A stretch of DNA of 64,000 bases from Eledone cirrhosa (GCA_964016885.1 OZ024741.1:248992001-249056000), one strand, 5' to 3'. Numbered from the stretch's first letter, positions 51,801 to 64,000 are shown. Numbers and translations are program-made. The notes: generated from the sequence alone by a model not told the origin.

Positions 51801-54800
51801 GAGATAATTTGTAAAAAAAAATCAGGGGGAGATAATTTGTAAAAAAAATCAGGGGTGATAATTTGTAAAAAAAATCAGGGGTAGATAATTTGTAAAAAAA
51901 ATCAGGGGGAGATAATTTGTAAAAAAAATCAGGGGTAGATAATTTTCAGCCGTCCAAGGGGAGATAATTTCCATCCTTCCAAGGGGAGATAATTTCCAGC
52001 CGTCCAAGGGGAGATAATTTCCCGCCAGCCAAGGAGAGATAACATTTAAAAAAATCAGGCGGAGATAATTTGTAAAAAAATCAGGGGGAGATAATTTGTA
52101 AAAAAAATCAGGGGTAGATAATTTTCAGCCGTCCAAGGGGAGATAATTTCCATCCTTCCAAGGGGAGATAATTTCCAGCCGTCCAAGGGGAGATAATTTC
52201 CCGCCAGCCAAGGAGAGATAACATTTAAAAAAATCAGGGGGAGATAATTTGTAAAAAAAAATCAGGGGGAGATAATTCGTAAAAAAAAATCAGGGGTAGA
52301 TAATTTGTAAAAAAAAATCAGGGGTAGATAATTTGTAAAAAAAAATCAGGGGGAGATAATTTGTAAAAAAAAAATCAGGGGGAGATAATTTGTAAAAAAA
52401 TCAAGGGGAGATAATTTCCAGCCGTCCAAGGGGAGATAATTTTCAGCCGTCCAAGGAGAGGTAATTTCTAGCCATCCAAGGGGAGATAATTTCCAGCCGT
52501 CCAAGGGGAGATAATTTTTTAAAAAAAATCAGGCGGAGATAATTTGTAAACAAAAATCAGGGGGAGATAATTTGTAAAAAAAAATCAGGGGGAGATAATT
52601 TGTAAAAAAAAATCAGGGGGAGATAATTTGTAAAAAAAATCAAGGGGAGATAATTTGTAAAAAAAAATCAGGGGTAGATAATTTGTAAAAAAAAATCAGG
52701 GGGAGATAATTTGTAAAAAAAAAATCAGGGGGAGATAATTTGTAAAAAAATCAAGGGGAGATAATTTCCAGCCGTCCAAGGGGAGATAATTTTCAGCCGT
52801 CCAAGGAGAGGTAATTTCTAGCCGTCCAAGGGGAGATAATTTCCAGCCAGCCAAGGGGAGATAATTTGTAAAAAAATCAGGAGTAGATAATTTGTAAAAA
52901 AAAATCATTGGGAGATAATTTGTAAAAAAAATCAGGGGGAGATAATTTGTAAAAAAAATCAGGGGTAGATAATTTCCAGCCGTCCAAGGGGAGATAATTT
53001 CCATCCTTCCAAGGGGAGATAATTTCCAGCCGTCCAAGGGGAGATAATTTGTAAAAAATATCAAGGGGAGATAATTTCCAGCCCTCCAAGGGGCTATAAT
53101 TTCCAGCCGTGCAAGGGGAGATAATTTCCAGCCGTCCAAGGGGAGATAATTTCCATCCTTCCAAGGGGAGATAATTTCCAGCCGTCCAAGGGGAGATAAT
53201 ATTTAAAAAAATCAGGCGGAGATAATTTGTAAAAAAAATCAGGGGGAGATAATTTGTAAAAAAATCAGGGGGAGATAATTTGTAAAAAAAAATCAGGGGG
53301 AGATAATTTGTAAAAAAAATCAGGGGGAGATAATTTGTAAAAAAAAATCAGGGGTAGATAATTTGTAAAAAAAATCAGGGGGAGATAATTTGTAAAAAAA
53401 TCAAGGGGAGATAATTTCCAGCCGTCCAAGGGGAGATAATTTTCAGCCGTCCAAGGAGAGGTAATTTCTAGCCGTCCAAGGGGAGATAATTTCCAGCCGT
53501 CCAAGGGGAGATAATTTTTTTAAAAAAGTCAGGCGGAGATAATTTGTAAACAAAAATCAGGGGGAGAGAATTTGTAAAAAAAAATCAGGGGGAGATAATT
53601 TGTAAAAAAAAATCAGGGGGAGATAATTTGTAAAAAAAATCAAGGGGAGATAATTTCCAGCCGTCCAAGGGGAGGTAATATCTAGCCATCCAAGGGGAGA
53701 TAATTTCCAGCCGTCCAAGGGGAGATAATTTCCAGCCGTCCAAGGGGAGATAATATCCAGCCGTCCAAGGAGACATATTTTCCAGCCGTCCAAGGAGACG
53801 TAATTTCTAGCCGTCCAAGGGGAGATAAGTTCCAGCCTCCAAGGGGAGATAATTTCCAGCCAGCCAAAGGGAGATAATTTGTAAAAAAAATTAGAGGAAG
53901 ATAATTTGTAAAAAAAAATCAGGGGGAGATAATTTGTAAAAAAAAATCAGGGGGAGATAATTTGTAAAAAAAATCAAGGGGAGATAATTTCCAGCCGTCC
54001 AAGGGGAGATAATTTTCAGCCGTCCAAGGAGAGGTAAATTGTAGCCGTCCAAGGAGATATAATTTCCAGCCGTCCAAGGGGAGATAATTTCCAGCCGTCC
54101 AAGGGGAGATAATTTTTAAAAAAAAATCAGGCGGAGATAATTTGTAAACAAAAATCAGGGGGAGATAATTTTAAAAAAAAAATCAGGGGGAGATAATTTG
54201 TAAAAAAAAATCAGGGGGAGATAATTTGTAAAAAAAATCAAGGGGAGATAATTTCCAGCCGTCCAAGGGGAGGTAATATCTAGCCATCCAAGGGGAGATA
54301 ATTTCCAGCCGTCCAAGGGGAGATAATTTCCAGCCGTCCAAGGGGAGATAATATCCAGCCGTCCAAGGAGACATATTTTCCAGCCGTCCAAGGAGAGGTA
54401 ATTTCTAGCCGTCCAAGGGGAGATAAGTTCCAGCCTCCAAGGGGAGATAATTTCCAGCCAGCCAAGGGGAGATAATTTGTAAAAAAATCAGGGGGGAGAT
54501 AATTTGTAAAAAAAATCAGGGGGAGATAATTTGAAAAAAAAATCAGGGGGAGATAATTTGTAAAAAATATCAAGGGGAGATAATTTCCAGCCCTCCAAGG
54601 GGCTATAATTTCCAGCCGTGCAAGGGGAGATAATTTCCAGCCGTCCAAGGGGAGATAATTTCCATCCTTCCAAGGGGAGATAATTTCCAGCCGTCCAAGG
54701 GGAGATAATTTCCCGCCAGCCAAGGGAAGATAATTTTTTAAAAAATCAGGCGGAGATTGTAAAAAAAATCAGGGGGAGATAATTTGTAAAAAAATCAGGG

Positions 54801-57800
54801 GGAGATAATTTGTAAAAAAAAAATCAGGGGGAGATAATTTGTAAAAAAAAATCAGGGGGAGATAATTTGTAAAAAAAATCAGGGGTGATAATTTGTAAAA
54901 AAAATCAGGGGTAGATAATTTGTAAAAAAAATCAGGGGGAGATAATTTGTAAAAAAAATCAGGGGGAGATAATTTGTAAAAAAAATCAGGGGTAGATAAT
55001 TTTCAGCCGTCCAAGGGGAGATAATTTCCATCCTTCCAAGGGGAGATAATTTCCAGCCGTCCAAGGGGAGATAATTTCCCGCCAGCCAAGGAGAGATAAC
55101 ATTTAAAAAAATCAGGCGGAGATAATTTGTAAAAAAATCAGGGGGAGATAATTTGTAAAAAAAATCAGGGGTAGATAATTTTCAGCCGTCCAAGGGGAGA
55201 TAATTTCCATCCTTCCAAGGGGAGATAATTTCCAGCCGTCCAAGGGGAGATAATTTCCCGCCAGCCAAGGAGAGATAACATTTAAAAAAATCAGGGGGAG
55301 ATAATTTGTAAAAAAAATCAGGGGGAGATAATTCGTAAAAAAAAATCAGGGGGAGATAATTTGTAAAAAAAAATCAGGGGTAGATAATTTGTAAAAAAAA
55401 ATCAGGGGGAGATAATTTGTAAAAAAAAAATCAGGGGGAGATAATTTGTAAAAAAATCAAGGGGAGATAATTTCCAGCCGTCCAAGGGGAGATAATTTTC
55501 AGCCGTCCAAGGAGAGGTAATTTCTAGCCGTCCAAGGGGAGATAATTTCCAGCCGTCCAAGGGGAGATAATTTTTTTAAAAAAATCAGGCGGAGATAATT
55601 TGTAAACAAAAATCAGGGGGAGATAATTTGTAAAAAAAAATCAGGGGGAGATAATTTGTAAAAAAAAATCAGGGGGAGATAATTTGTAAAAAAAATCAAG
55701 GGGAGATAATTTGTAAAAAAAAATCAGGGGTAGATAATTTGTAAAAAAAAATCAGGGGGAGATAATTTGTAAAAAAAAAATCAGGGGGAGATAATTTGTA
55801 AAAAAATCAAGGGGAGATAATTTCCAGCCGTCCAAGGGGAGATAATTTTCAGCCGTCCAAGGAGAGGTAATTTCTAGCCGTCCAAGGGGAGATAATTTCC
55901 AGCCAGCCAAGGGGAGATAATTTGTAAAAAAATCAGGAGTAGATAATTTGTAAAAAAAAATCAGGGGGAGATAATTTGTAAAAAAAATCAGGGGGAGATA
56001 ATTTGTAAAAAAAATCAGGGGTAGATAATTTCCAGCCGTCCAAGGGGAGATAATTTCCATCCTTCCAAGGGGAGATAATTTCCAGCCGTCCAAGGGGAGA
56101 TAATTTCCCGCCAGCCAAGGAGAGATAACATTTAAAAAAATCAGGCGGAGATAATTTGTAAAAAAAATCAGGGGGAGATAATTTGTAAAAAAATCAGGGG
56201 GAGATAATTTGTAAAAAAAATCAGGGGTAGATAATTTCCAGCCGTCCAAGGGGAGATAATTTCCATCCTTCCAAGGGGAGATAATTTCCAGCCGTCCAAG
56301 GGGAGATAATTTCCCGCCAGCCAAGGAGAGATAATATTTAAAAAAATCAGGCGGAGATAATTTGTAAAAAAAATCAGGGCGAGATAATTTGTAAAAAAAT
56401 CAGGGGGAGATAATTTGTAAAAAAAAATCAGGGGAGATAATTTGTAAAAAAAATCAGGGGGAGATAATTTGTAAAAAAATATCAGGGGTAGATAATTTGT
56501 AAAAAAAAATCAGGGGGAGATAATTTGTAAAAAAAAAATCAGGGGGAGATAATTTGTAAAAAAATCAAGGGGAGATAATTTCCAGCCGTCCAAGGGGAGA
56601 TAATTTTCAGCCGTCCAAGGAGGTAATTTCTAGCCGTCCAAGGGGAGATAATTTCCAGCCGTCCAAGGGGAGATAATATCCAGCCATCCAAGGGGAGATA
56701 ATATCCAGCCGTCCAAGGAGACATATTTTCCAGCCGTCCAAGGAGAGGTAATTTCTAGCCGTCCAAGGGGAGATAAGTTCCAGCCTCCAAGGGGAGAAAA
56801 TTTCCAGCCAGCCAAGGGGAGATAATTTGTAAAAAAATCAGGGGGAGATAATTTGTAAAAAAAATCAAGGGGAGATAATTTCCAGCCGTCCAAGGGGAGG
56901 TAATATCTAGCCATCCAAGGGGAGATAATTTCCAGCCGTCCAAGGGGAGATAATTTCCAGCCGTCCAAGGGGAGATAATATCCAGCCGTCCAAGGAGACA
57001 TATTTTCCAGCCGTCCAAGGAGAGGTAATTTCTAGCCGTCCAAGGGGAGATAAGTTCCAGCCTCCAAGGGTAGAAAATTTCCAGCCAGCCAAGGGGAGAT
57101 AATTTGTAAAAAAATCAGGGGGAGATAATTTGTAAAAAAAAAATCAGGGGGAGATAATTTGTAAAAAAATCAGGGGGAGATAATTTGTAAAAAAAAAATT
57201 AGGGGGAGATAATTTGTAAAAAAAATCAGGGGGAGATAATTTGTAGAAAAAGCAGGGGTAGATAATTTGTAAAAAAAATCAGGGGGAGATAATTTGTAAA
57301 AAAAATCAGGGGGAGATAATTTGTAAAAAAAATCAGGGGTAGATAATTTTAAGCCGTCCAAGGGGAGATAATTTCCATCCTTCCAAGGGGAGATAATTTC
57401 CAGCCGTCCAAGGGGAGATAATTTCCCGCCAGCCAAGGAGAGATAACATTTAAAAAAATCAGGCGGAGATAATTTGTAAAAAAAATCAGGGGGAGATAAT
57501 TTGTAAAAAAATCAGGGGGAGATAATTTGTAAAAAAAATCAGGGGTAGATAATTTCCAGCCGTCCAAGGGGAGATAATTTCCATCCTTCCAAGGGGAGAT
57601 AATTTCCAGCCGTCCAAGGGGAGATAATTTCCCGCCAGCCAAGGAGAGATAATATTTAAAAAAATCAGGCGGAGATAATTTGTAAAAAAAATCAGGGGAA
57701 GATAATTTGTAAAAAAATCAGGGGGAGATAATTTGTAAAAAAAAAATCAGGGGGAGATAATTTGTAAAAAAAATCAGGGGTAGATAATTTGTAAAAAAAA

Positions 57801-60800
57801 ATCAGGGGGAGATAATTTGTAAAAAAAATCAGGGGGAGATAATTTGTAAAAAAAATCAGGGGTAGATAATTTCCAGCCGTCCAAGGGGAGATAATTTCCA
57901 TCCTTCCAAGGGGAGATAATTTCCAGCCGTCCAAGGGGAGATAATTTCCCGCCAGCCAAGGAGAGATAATATTTAAAAAAATCAGGCGGAGATAATTTGT
58001 AAAAAAAATCAGGGGGAGATAATTTGTAAAAAAAAAATCAGGGCGAGATAATTTGTAAAAAAAAATCAGGGGGAGATAATTTGTAAAAAAAAATCAGGGG
58101 GAGATAATTTGTAAAAAAAATCAGGGGTAGATAATTTGTAAAAAAAATCAGGGGGAGATAATTTGTAAAAAAAATCAGGGGGAGATAATTTGTAAAAAAA
58201 ATCAAGGGGAGATAATTTGCAGCCGTCCAAGGGGAGATAATTTTCAGCCGTCCAAGGGGAGATAATTTTTAAAGAAAAATCAGACGGAGATAATTTGTAA
58301 AAAAAAAATCAGGGGGAGATAATTTGTAAAAAAAAATCAGGGGGAGATAATTTGTAAAAAAAGATCAGGGGTAGATAATTTGTAAAAAAAATCAAGGGGA
58401 GATAATTTCCAGCCGTCCAAGGGAAGATAATTTCCAGCCCTCCAAGGGGCTATAATTTCCAGCGTCCAAGGGGAGATAATTTCCAGCCAGCGAAGAGGAG
58501 ATAATTTTTTTTTAAAAATCATTGGGAGATTTGTAAAAAAAATCAGGGGGAGATAATTTGTAAAAAAAATCAGGGGTAGATAATTTGTAAAAAAAAATCA
58601 GGGGGAGATAATTTGTAAAAAAAAAATCAGGGGGAGATAATTTGTAAAAAATTCAAGGGGAGATAATTTCCAGCCGTCCAAGGGGAGATAATTTTAAAAA
58701 AAAAATCAGGCGGAGATAATTTGTAAACAAAAATCAGGGGGAGATAATTTGTAAAAAAAAATCAGGGGGAGATAATTTGTAAAAAAAAATCAGGGGGATA
58801 TAATTTGTAAAAAAAATCAAGGGGAGATAATTTCCAGCCGTCCAAGGGGAGGTAATATCTAGCCATCCAAGGGGAGATAATTTCCAGCCGTCCAAGGGGA
58901 GATAATTTCCAGCCGTCCAAGGGGAGATAATATCCAGCCGTCCAAGGAGACATATTTTCCAGCCGTCCAATGAGAGGTAATTTCTAGCCGTCCAAGGGGA
59001 GATAAGTTCCAGCCTCCAAGGGGAGATAATTTCCAGCCAGCCAAGGGGAGATAATTTGTAAAAAAATCAGGGGGAGATAATTTGTAAAAAAAATCAGGGG
59101 GAGATAATTTGTAAAAAAAAATCAGGGGAGATAATTTGTAAAAAAAAATCAGGGGGAGATAATTTGTAAAAAAAAATCAGGGGGAGATAATTTGTAAAAA
59201 AAATCAAGGGGAGATAATTTCCAGCCGTCCAAGGGGAGATAATTTTCAGCCGTCCAAGGAGAGGTAAATTCTAGCCGTCCAAGGAGAGATAATTTCCAGC
59301 CGTCCAAGGTGAGATAATTTCCAGCCGTCCAAGGGGAGATAATTTTTTTAAAAAAATCAGGCGCAGATAAGTTGTAATTAAAAATCACTGGGTGATTTGT
59401 AAAAAAAATCAGGGGGAGATAATTTGTAAAAAACTCAAGGGGTGATAATTTCCAGCCGTCCAAAGAGAGATAATTTCTAGCCGTCCAAGGGGAGATAATT
59501 TCCAGCCAAGGGGAGATAATTTCCAGCCTTCCAAGGGGAGATAATTTTTAAAAAAATCAGGTGGAGATAATTTGTAAAAAAAATCAGTGGAAGATAATTT
59601 GTAAAAAGAAAATCAAGGGCAGATAATTTCCAGCCGTCCAAGGGGAGATAATTTCCCGCCAGCCAAGGGAAGATAATATTTAAAAAAATCAGGCGGAGAT
59701 AATTTGTAAAAAAAATCAGGGGGAGATAATTTGTAAAAAAATCAGGGGGAGATAATTTGTAAAAAAAAATCAGGGGGAAATAATTTGTAAAAAAAATCAG
59801 GGGGAGATAATTTGTAAAAAAAAATCAGGGGGAGATAATTTGTAAAAAAAATCAAGGGGAGATAATTTCCAGCCGTCCAAGGGGAGGTAATTTTCAACCG
59901 TCCAAGGGGAGATAATTTCCCGCCAGCCAAGGGAAGATAATATTTAAAAAAATCAGGCGGAGATAATTTGTAAAAAAAATCAGGGGGAGATAATTTGTAA
60001 AAAAATCAGGGGGAGATAATTTGTAAAAAAAAAATCAGGGGGAGATAATTTGTAAAAAAAATCAGGGGGAGATAATTTGTAAAAAAAATCAGGGGTAGAT
60101 AATTTGTAAAAAAAAATCAGGGGGAGATAATTTGTAAAAAAAATCAGGGGGAGATAATTTGTAAAAAAAATCAGGGGTAGATAATTTCCAGCCGTCCAAG
60201 GGGAGATAATTTCCATCCTTCCAAGGGGAGATAATTTCCAGCCGTCCAAGGGGAGATAATTTCCCGCCAGCCAAGGAGAGATAATATTTAAAAAAATCAG
60301 GCGGAGATAATTTGTAAAAAAAATCAGGGGTAGATAATTTGTAAAAAAATCAGGGGGAGATAATTTGTAAAAAAAAAATCAGGGGGAGATAATTTGTAAA
60401 AAAAATCAGGGGGAGATAATTTGTAAAAAAAAATCAGGGGTAGATAATTTGTAAAAAAAATTCAGGGGGAGATAATTTGTAAAAAAAAAATCAGGGGGAG
60501 ATAATTTGTAAAAAAATCAAGGGGAGATAATTTCCAGCCGTCCAAGGGGAGATAATTTTCAGCCGTCCAAGGAGAGGTAATTTCTAGCCGTCCAAGGGGA
60601 GATAATTTCCAGCCGTCCAAGGGGAGATAATTTTTTAAAAAAAATAGGCGGAGATAATTTGTAAACAAAAATCAGGGGGAGATAATTTGTAAAAAAAAAT
60701 CAGGGGGAGATAATTTGTAAAAAAAAATCAGGGAGATAATTTGTAAAAAAAATCAAGGGGAGATAATTTCCAGCCGTCCAAGGGGAGGTAATATCTAGCC

Positions 60801-62430
60801 ATCCAAGAGGAGATAATTTCCAGCCGTCCAAGGGGAGATAATTTCCAGCCGTCCAAGGGGAGATAATATCCAGCCGTCCAAGGAGACATATTTTCCAGCC
60901 GTCCAAGGAGAGGTAATTTCTAGCCGTCCAAGGGGAGATAAGTTCCAGCCTCCAAGGGGAGATAATTTCCAGCCAGCCAAGGGGAGATAATTTGTAAAAA
61001 AATCAGGGGGAGATAATTTGTAAAAAAAATCAGGGGGAGATAATTTGTAAAAAAAAATCAGGGGGAGATAATTTGTAAAAAAAATCAAGGGGAGATAATT
61101 TCCAGCCGTCCAAGGGGAGATAATTTTCAGCCGTCCAAGGAGAGGTAAATTCTAGCCGTCCAAGGAGAGGTAATTTCTAGCCGTCCAAGGGGAGATAAGT
61201 TCCAGCCTCCAAGGGGAGATAATTTTCAGCCGTCCAAGGAGAGGTAATTTCTAGCCGTCCAAGGGGAGATAAGTTCCAGCCTCCAAGGGGAGATAATTTC
61301 CAGCCAGCCAAGGGGAGATAATTTGTAAAAAAATCAGGGGTAGATAATTTGTAAAAAAAAATCAGGGGGAGATAATTTGTAAAAAAAATCAGGGGGAGAT
61401 AATTTGTAAAAAAAATCAGGGGTAGATAATTTCCAGCCGTCCAAGGGGAGATAATTTCCATCCTTCCAAGGGGAGATAATTTCCAGCCGTCCAAGGGGAG
61501 ATAATTTCCCGTCAGCCAAGGAGAGATAACATTTAAAAAAATCAGGCGGAGATAATTTGTAAAAAAAATCAGGGGGGGTAATTTGTAAAAAAATCAGGGG
61601 GAGATAATTTGTAAAAAAAATCAGGGGTAGATAATTTCCAGCCGTCCAAGGGGAGATAATTTCCATCCTTCCAAGGGGAGATAATTTCCAGCCGTCCAAG
61701 GGGAGATAATTTCCCGCCAGCCAAGGAGAGATAATATTTAAAAAAATCAGGCGGAGATAATTTGTAAAAAAAATCAGGGGGAGATAATTTGTAAAAAAAT
61801 CAGGGGGAGATAATTTGTAAAAAAAAATCAGGGGGAGATAATTTGTAAAAAAAATCAGGGGGAGATAATTTGTAAAAAAAAATCAGGGGTAGATAATTTG
61901 TAAAAAAAAATCAGGGGGAGATAATTTGTAAAAAAAAAATCAGGGGGAGATAATTTGTAAAAAAATCAAGGGGAGATAATTTCCAGCGGTCCAAGGGGAG
62001 ATAATTTTCAGCCGTCCAAGGAGAGGTAATTTCTAGCCGTCCAAGGGGAGATAATTTCCAGCCGTCCAAGGGGAGATAATTTTTTTAAAAAAATCAGGCG
62101 GAGATAATTTGTAAACAAAAATCAGGGGGAGATAATTTGTAAAAAAAAATCAGGGGGAGATAATTTGTAAAAAAAATCAGGGGGAGATAATTTGTAAAAA
62201 AAATCAAGGGGAGATAATTTCCAGCCGTCCAAGGGGAGGTAATATCTAGCCATCCAAGGGGAGATAATTTCCAGCCGTCCAAGGGGAGATAATTTCCAGC
62301 CGTCCAAGGGGAGATAATATCCAGCCGTCCAAGGAGACATATTTTCCAGCCGTCCAAGGAGAGGTAATTTCTAGCCGTCCAAGGGGAGATAAGTTCCAGC
62401 CTCCAAGGGGAGATAATTTCCAGCCAGCCA
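42772..62430 (+). repeat. Long-range copy of window region 1 to ~20900
   Basis: Collinear ORF matches with offsets 42771 (150/42921 to 1891/44662), 46062-45956 (2129/48191 to 10582/56539), 41759 (13993/55752 to 18941/60700) and about 41547 (20699/62246). Private markers: CCCGCAAGCC (1115/43886), GTAGAAAAAGCAGG (15484/57243). Confidence 0.88.
57960..59960 (+). repeat. Variant-dense landmark block, copy 4
   Basis: Matches 16200-18200 at a constant offset of 41759. Confidence 0.9.
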
Positions 62431-64000
62431 AGGGGAGATAATTTGTAAAAAAATCAGGGGGAGATAATTTGTAAAAAAAAAATCAGGGGGAGATAATTTG
62501 TAAAAAAATCAGGGGGAGATAATTTGTAAAAAAAAATCAGGGGGAGATAATTTGTAAAAAAAATCAGGGGGAGATAATTTGTAAAAAAAATCAGGGGTAG
62601 ATAATTTGTAAAAAAAATCAGGGGGAGATAATTTGTAAAAAAAATCAGGGGGAGATAATTTGTAAAAAAATCAGGGGTAGATAATTTTCAGCCGTCCAAG
62701 GGGAGATAATTTCCATCCTTCCAAGGGGAGATAATTTCCAGCCGTCCAAGGGGAGATAATTTCCCGCCAGCCAAGGAGAGATAATATTTAAAAAAATCAG
62801 GCGGAGATAATTTGTAAAAAAAATCAGGGGGAGATAATTTGTAAAAAAATCAGGGGGAGATAATTTGTAAAAAAAGATCAGGGGGAGATAATTTGTAAAA
62901 AAAATCAGGGGGAGATAATTTGTAAAAAAAAATCAGGGGTAGATAATTTATAAAAAAAAATCAGGGGGAGATAATTTGTAAAAAAAAAATCAGGGGGAGA
63001 TAATTTGTAAAAAAATCAAGGGGAGATAATTTCCAGCCGTGCAAGGGGAGATAATTTTCAGCCGTCCAAGGAGAGGTAATTTCTAGCCGTCCAAGGGGAG
63101 ATAATTTCCAGCCGTCCAAGGGGAGATAATTTTTTTAAAAAAATCAGGCGGAGATTTGTAAACAAAAATCAGGGGGAGATAATTTGTAAAAAAAAATCAG
63201 GGGGAGATAATTTGTAAAAAAAAATCAGGGGGAGATAATTTGTAAAAAAAATCAAGGGGAGATAATTTCCAGCCGTCCAAGGGGAGGTAATATCTAGCCA
63301 TCCAAGGGGAGATAATTTCCAGCCGTCCAAGGGGAGATAATTTCCAGCCGTCCAAGGGGAGATAATATCCAGCCGTCCAAGGAGACATATTTTCCAGCCG
63401 TCCAACGAGACGTAATTTCTAGCCGTCCAAGGGGAGATAAGTTCCAGCCTCCAAGGGGAGATAATTTCCAGCCAGCCAAGGGGAGATAATTTGTAAAAAA
63501 ATTAGGGGGAGATAATTTGTAAAAAAAAATTAGGGGGAGATAATTTGTAAAAAAAAATCAGGGGGAGATAATTTGTAAAAAAAAATCAGGGGGAGATAAT
63601 TTGTAAAAAAAAACAAGGGGAGATTATTTCCAGCCGTCCAAGGGGAGATAATTTTCAGCCGTCCAAGGAGAGGTAAATTCTAGCCGTCCAAGGAGATATA
63701 ATTTCCAGCCGTCCAAGGGGAGATAATTTCCAGCCGTCCAAGGGGAGATAATTTTAAAAAAAAATCAGGCGGAGATAATTTGTAAACAAAAATCAGGGGG
63801 AGATAATTTGTAAAAAAATCAAGGGGAGATAATTTCCAGCCGTCCAAGGGGAGATAATTTTCAGCCGTCCAAGGAGGTAATTTCTAGCCGTCCAAGGGGA
63901 GATAATTTCCAGCCGTCCAAGGGGATATAATTTTTTTTAAAAAATCAGGCGGAGATAATTTGTAAACAAAAATCAGGGGGAGATAATTTGTAAAAAAAAA

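Larger units (their letters stand above)
1..64000 (+). repeat. Composite tandem satellite array of two related monomers: A = GGGGGAGATAATTTGT(A)7-10TCA (26-29 bp) and B = AGGGGAGATAATTTCCAGCCGTCCA (25 bp), sharing the core GGGGAGATAATTT
   Basis: Seen directly: the core recurs every 24-29 bp from the first base to the last, always in the same orientation, and runs off both window edges. Confidence 0.99.

Noticed and set aside
150-63479. Several hundred minus-strand ORFs of 61-190 aa (NYLPLIFFT, KLSPPDFFY, GWKLSPLGRLEIISPW repeats)
   Set aside because: They are translations of the satellite. The pyrimidine-rich strand has few stops, 25-bp units rotate frame, and A-tract length changes break frames arbitrarily. 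Overlapping ORFs occur in several frames and no domain is recognisable.
1-64000. CRISPR-like reading (constant repeat plus spacer)
   Set aside because: The constant part is only 13 bp, the 12-16 bp spacers are just two classes repeated over a thousand times each, and there is no leader or cas gene.
1-64000. Telomerase-made repeat (G-rich strand bias, ~25 bp units as in some yeasts)
   Set aside because: Point variants are inherited in multi-kb blocks, which indicates DNA-level duplication rather than templated addition. It matches no telomere motif I know. A subtelomeric location is not excluded.
1-64000. G-quadruplex array from G4-5 runs
   Set aside because: Loops of about 21-24 nt are far longer than in canonical stable intramolecular G4s, so the sequence alone does not support it.
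1-64000. GGAG/AGGAG Shine-Dalgarno-like and TATAAT-like motifs
   Set aside because: They are incidental to the repeat. No plus-strand ORFs follow, as TAA occurs in every monomer.
1-64000. Pure sequencing or assembly artefact
   Set aside because: Nested, lineage-consistent variants and reproducible homopolymer lengths argue for real DNA. Individual large duplications still need read support.
1-64000. Inversions or embedded transposon fragments
   Set aside because: I saw no reverse-orientation core (AAATTATCTCCCC) and no non-satellite segment on the plus strand.

Overview
The whole 64 kb window is one uninterrupted, single-orientation tandem satellite array of about 2,400 monomers (64,000/~26 bp). 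I find no genes, RNA genes, transposons or unique sequence. There are two monomer types sharing a 13-bp core, GGGGAGATAATTT. Type A is GGGGGAGATAATTTGT(A7-10)TCA (26-29 bp, about 30% GC). Type B is AGGGGAGATAATTTCCAGCCGTCCA (25 bp, 52% GC). They occur as alternating runs, and the B runs are a small set of fixed cassettes with ordered variant monomers and stereotyped junctions. These modules nest into higher-order duplications of about 1.1, 4.2-4.4 and 5 kb, a ~21 kb super-period and a ~42 kb duplication (about 1-20.9 kb matches 42.8-62.4 kb). All listed ORFs are minus-strand read-throughs of the repeat and are judged artefacts. The array looks like eukaryotic heterochromatic (centromeric, pericentromeric or subtelomeric) satellite, but I cannot identify the organism or a named family. 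I do not see a protein-coding system. The notable biology is the two-letter grammar of the array and its readable recombination history. Offsets come from matching ORF-track coordinates and diagnostic variants read by eye, so block boundaries are approximate.
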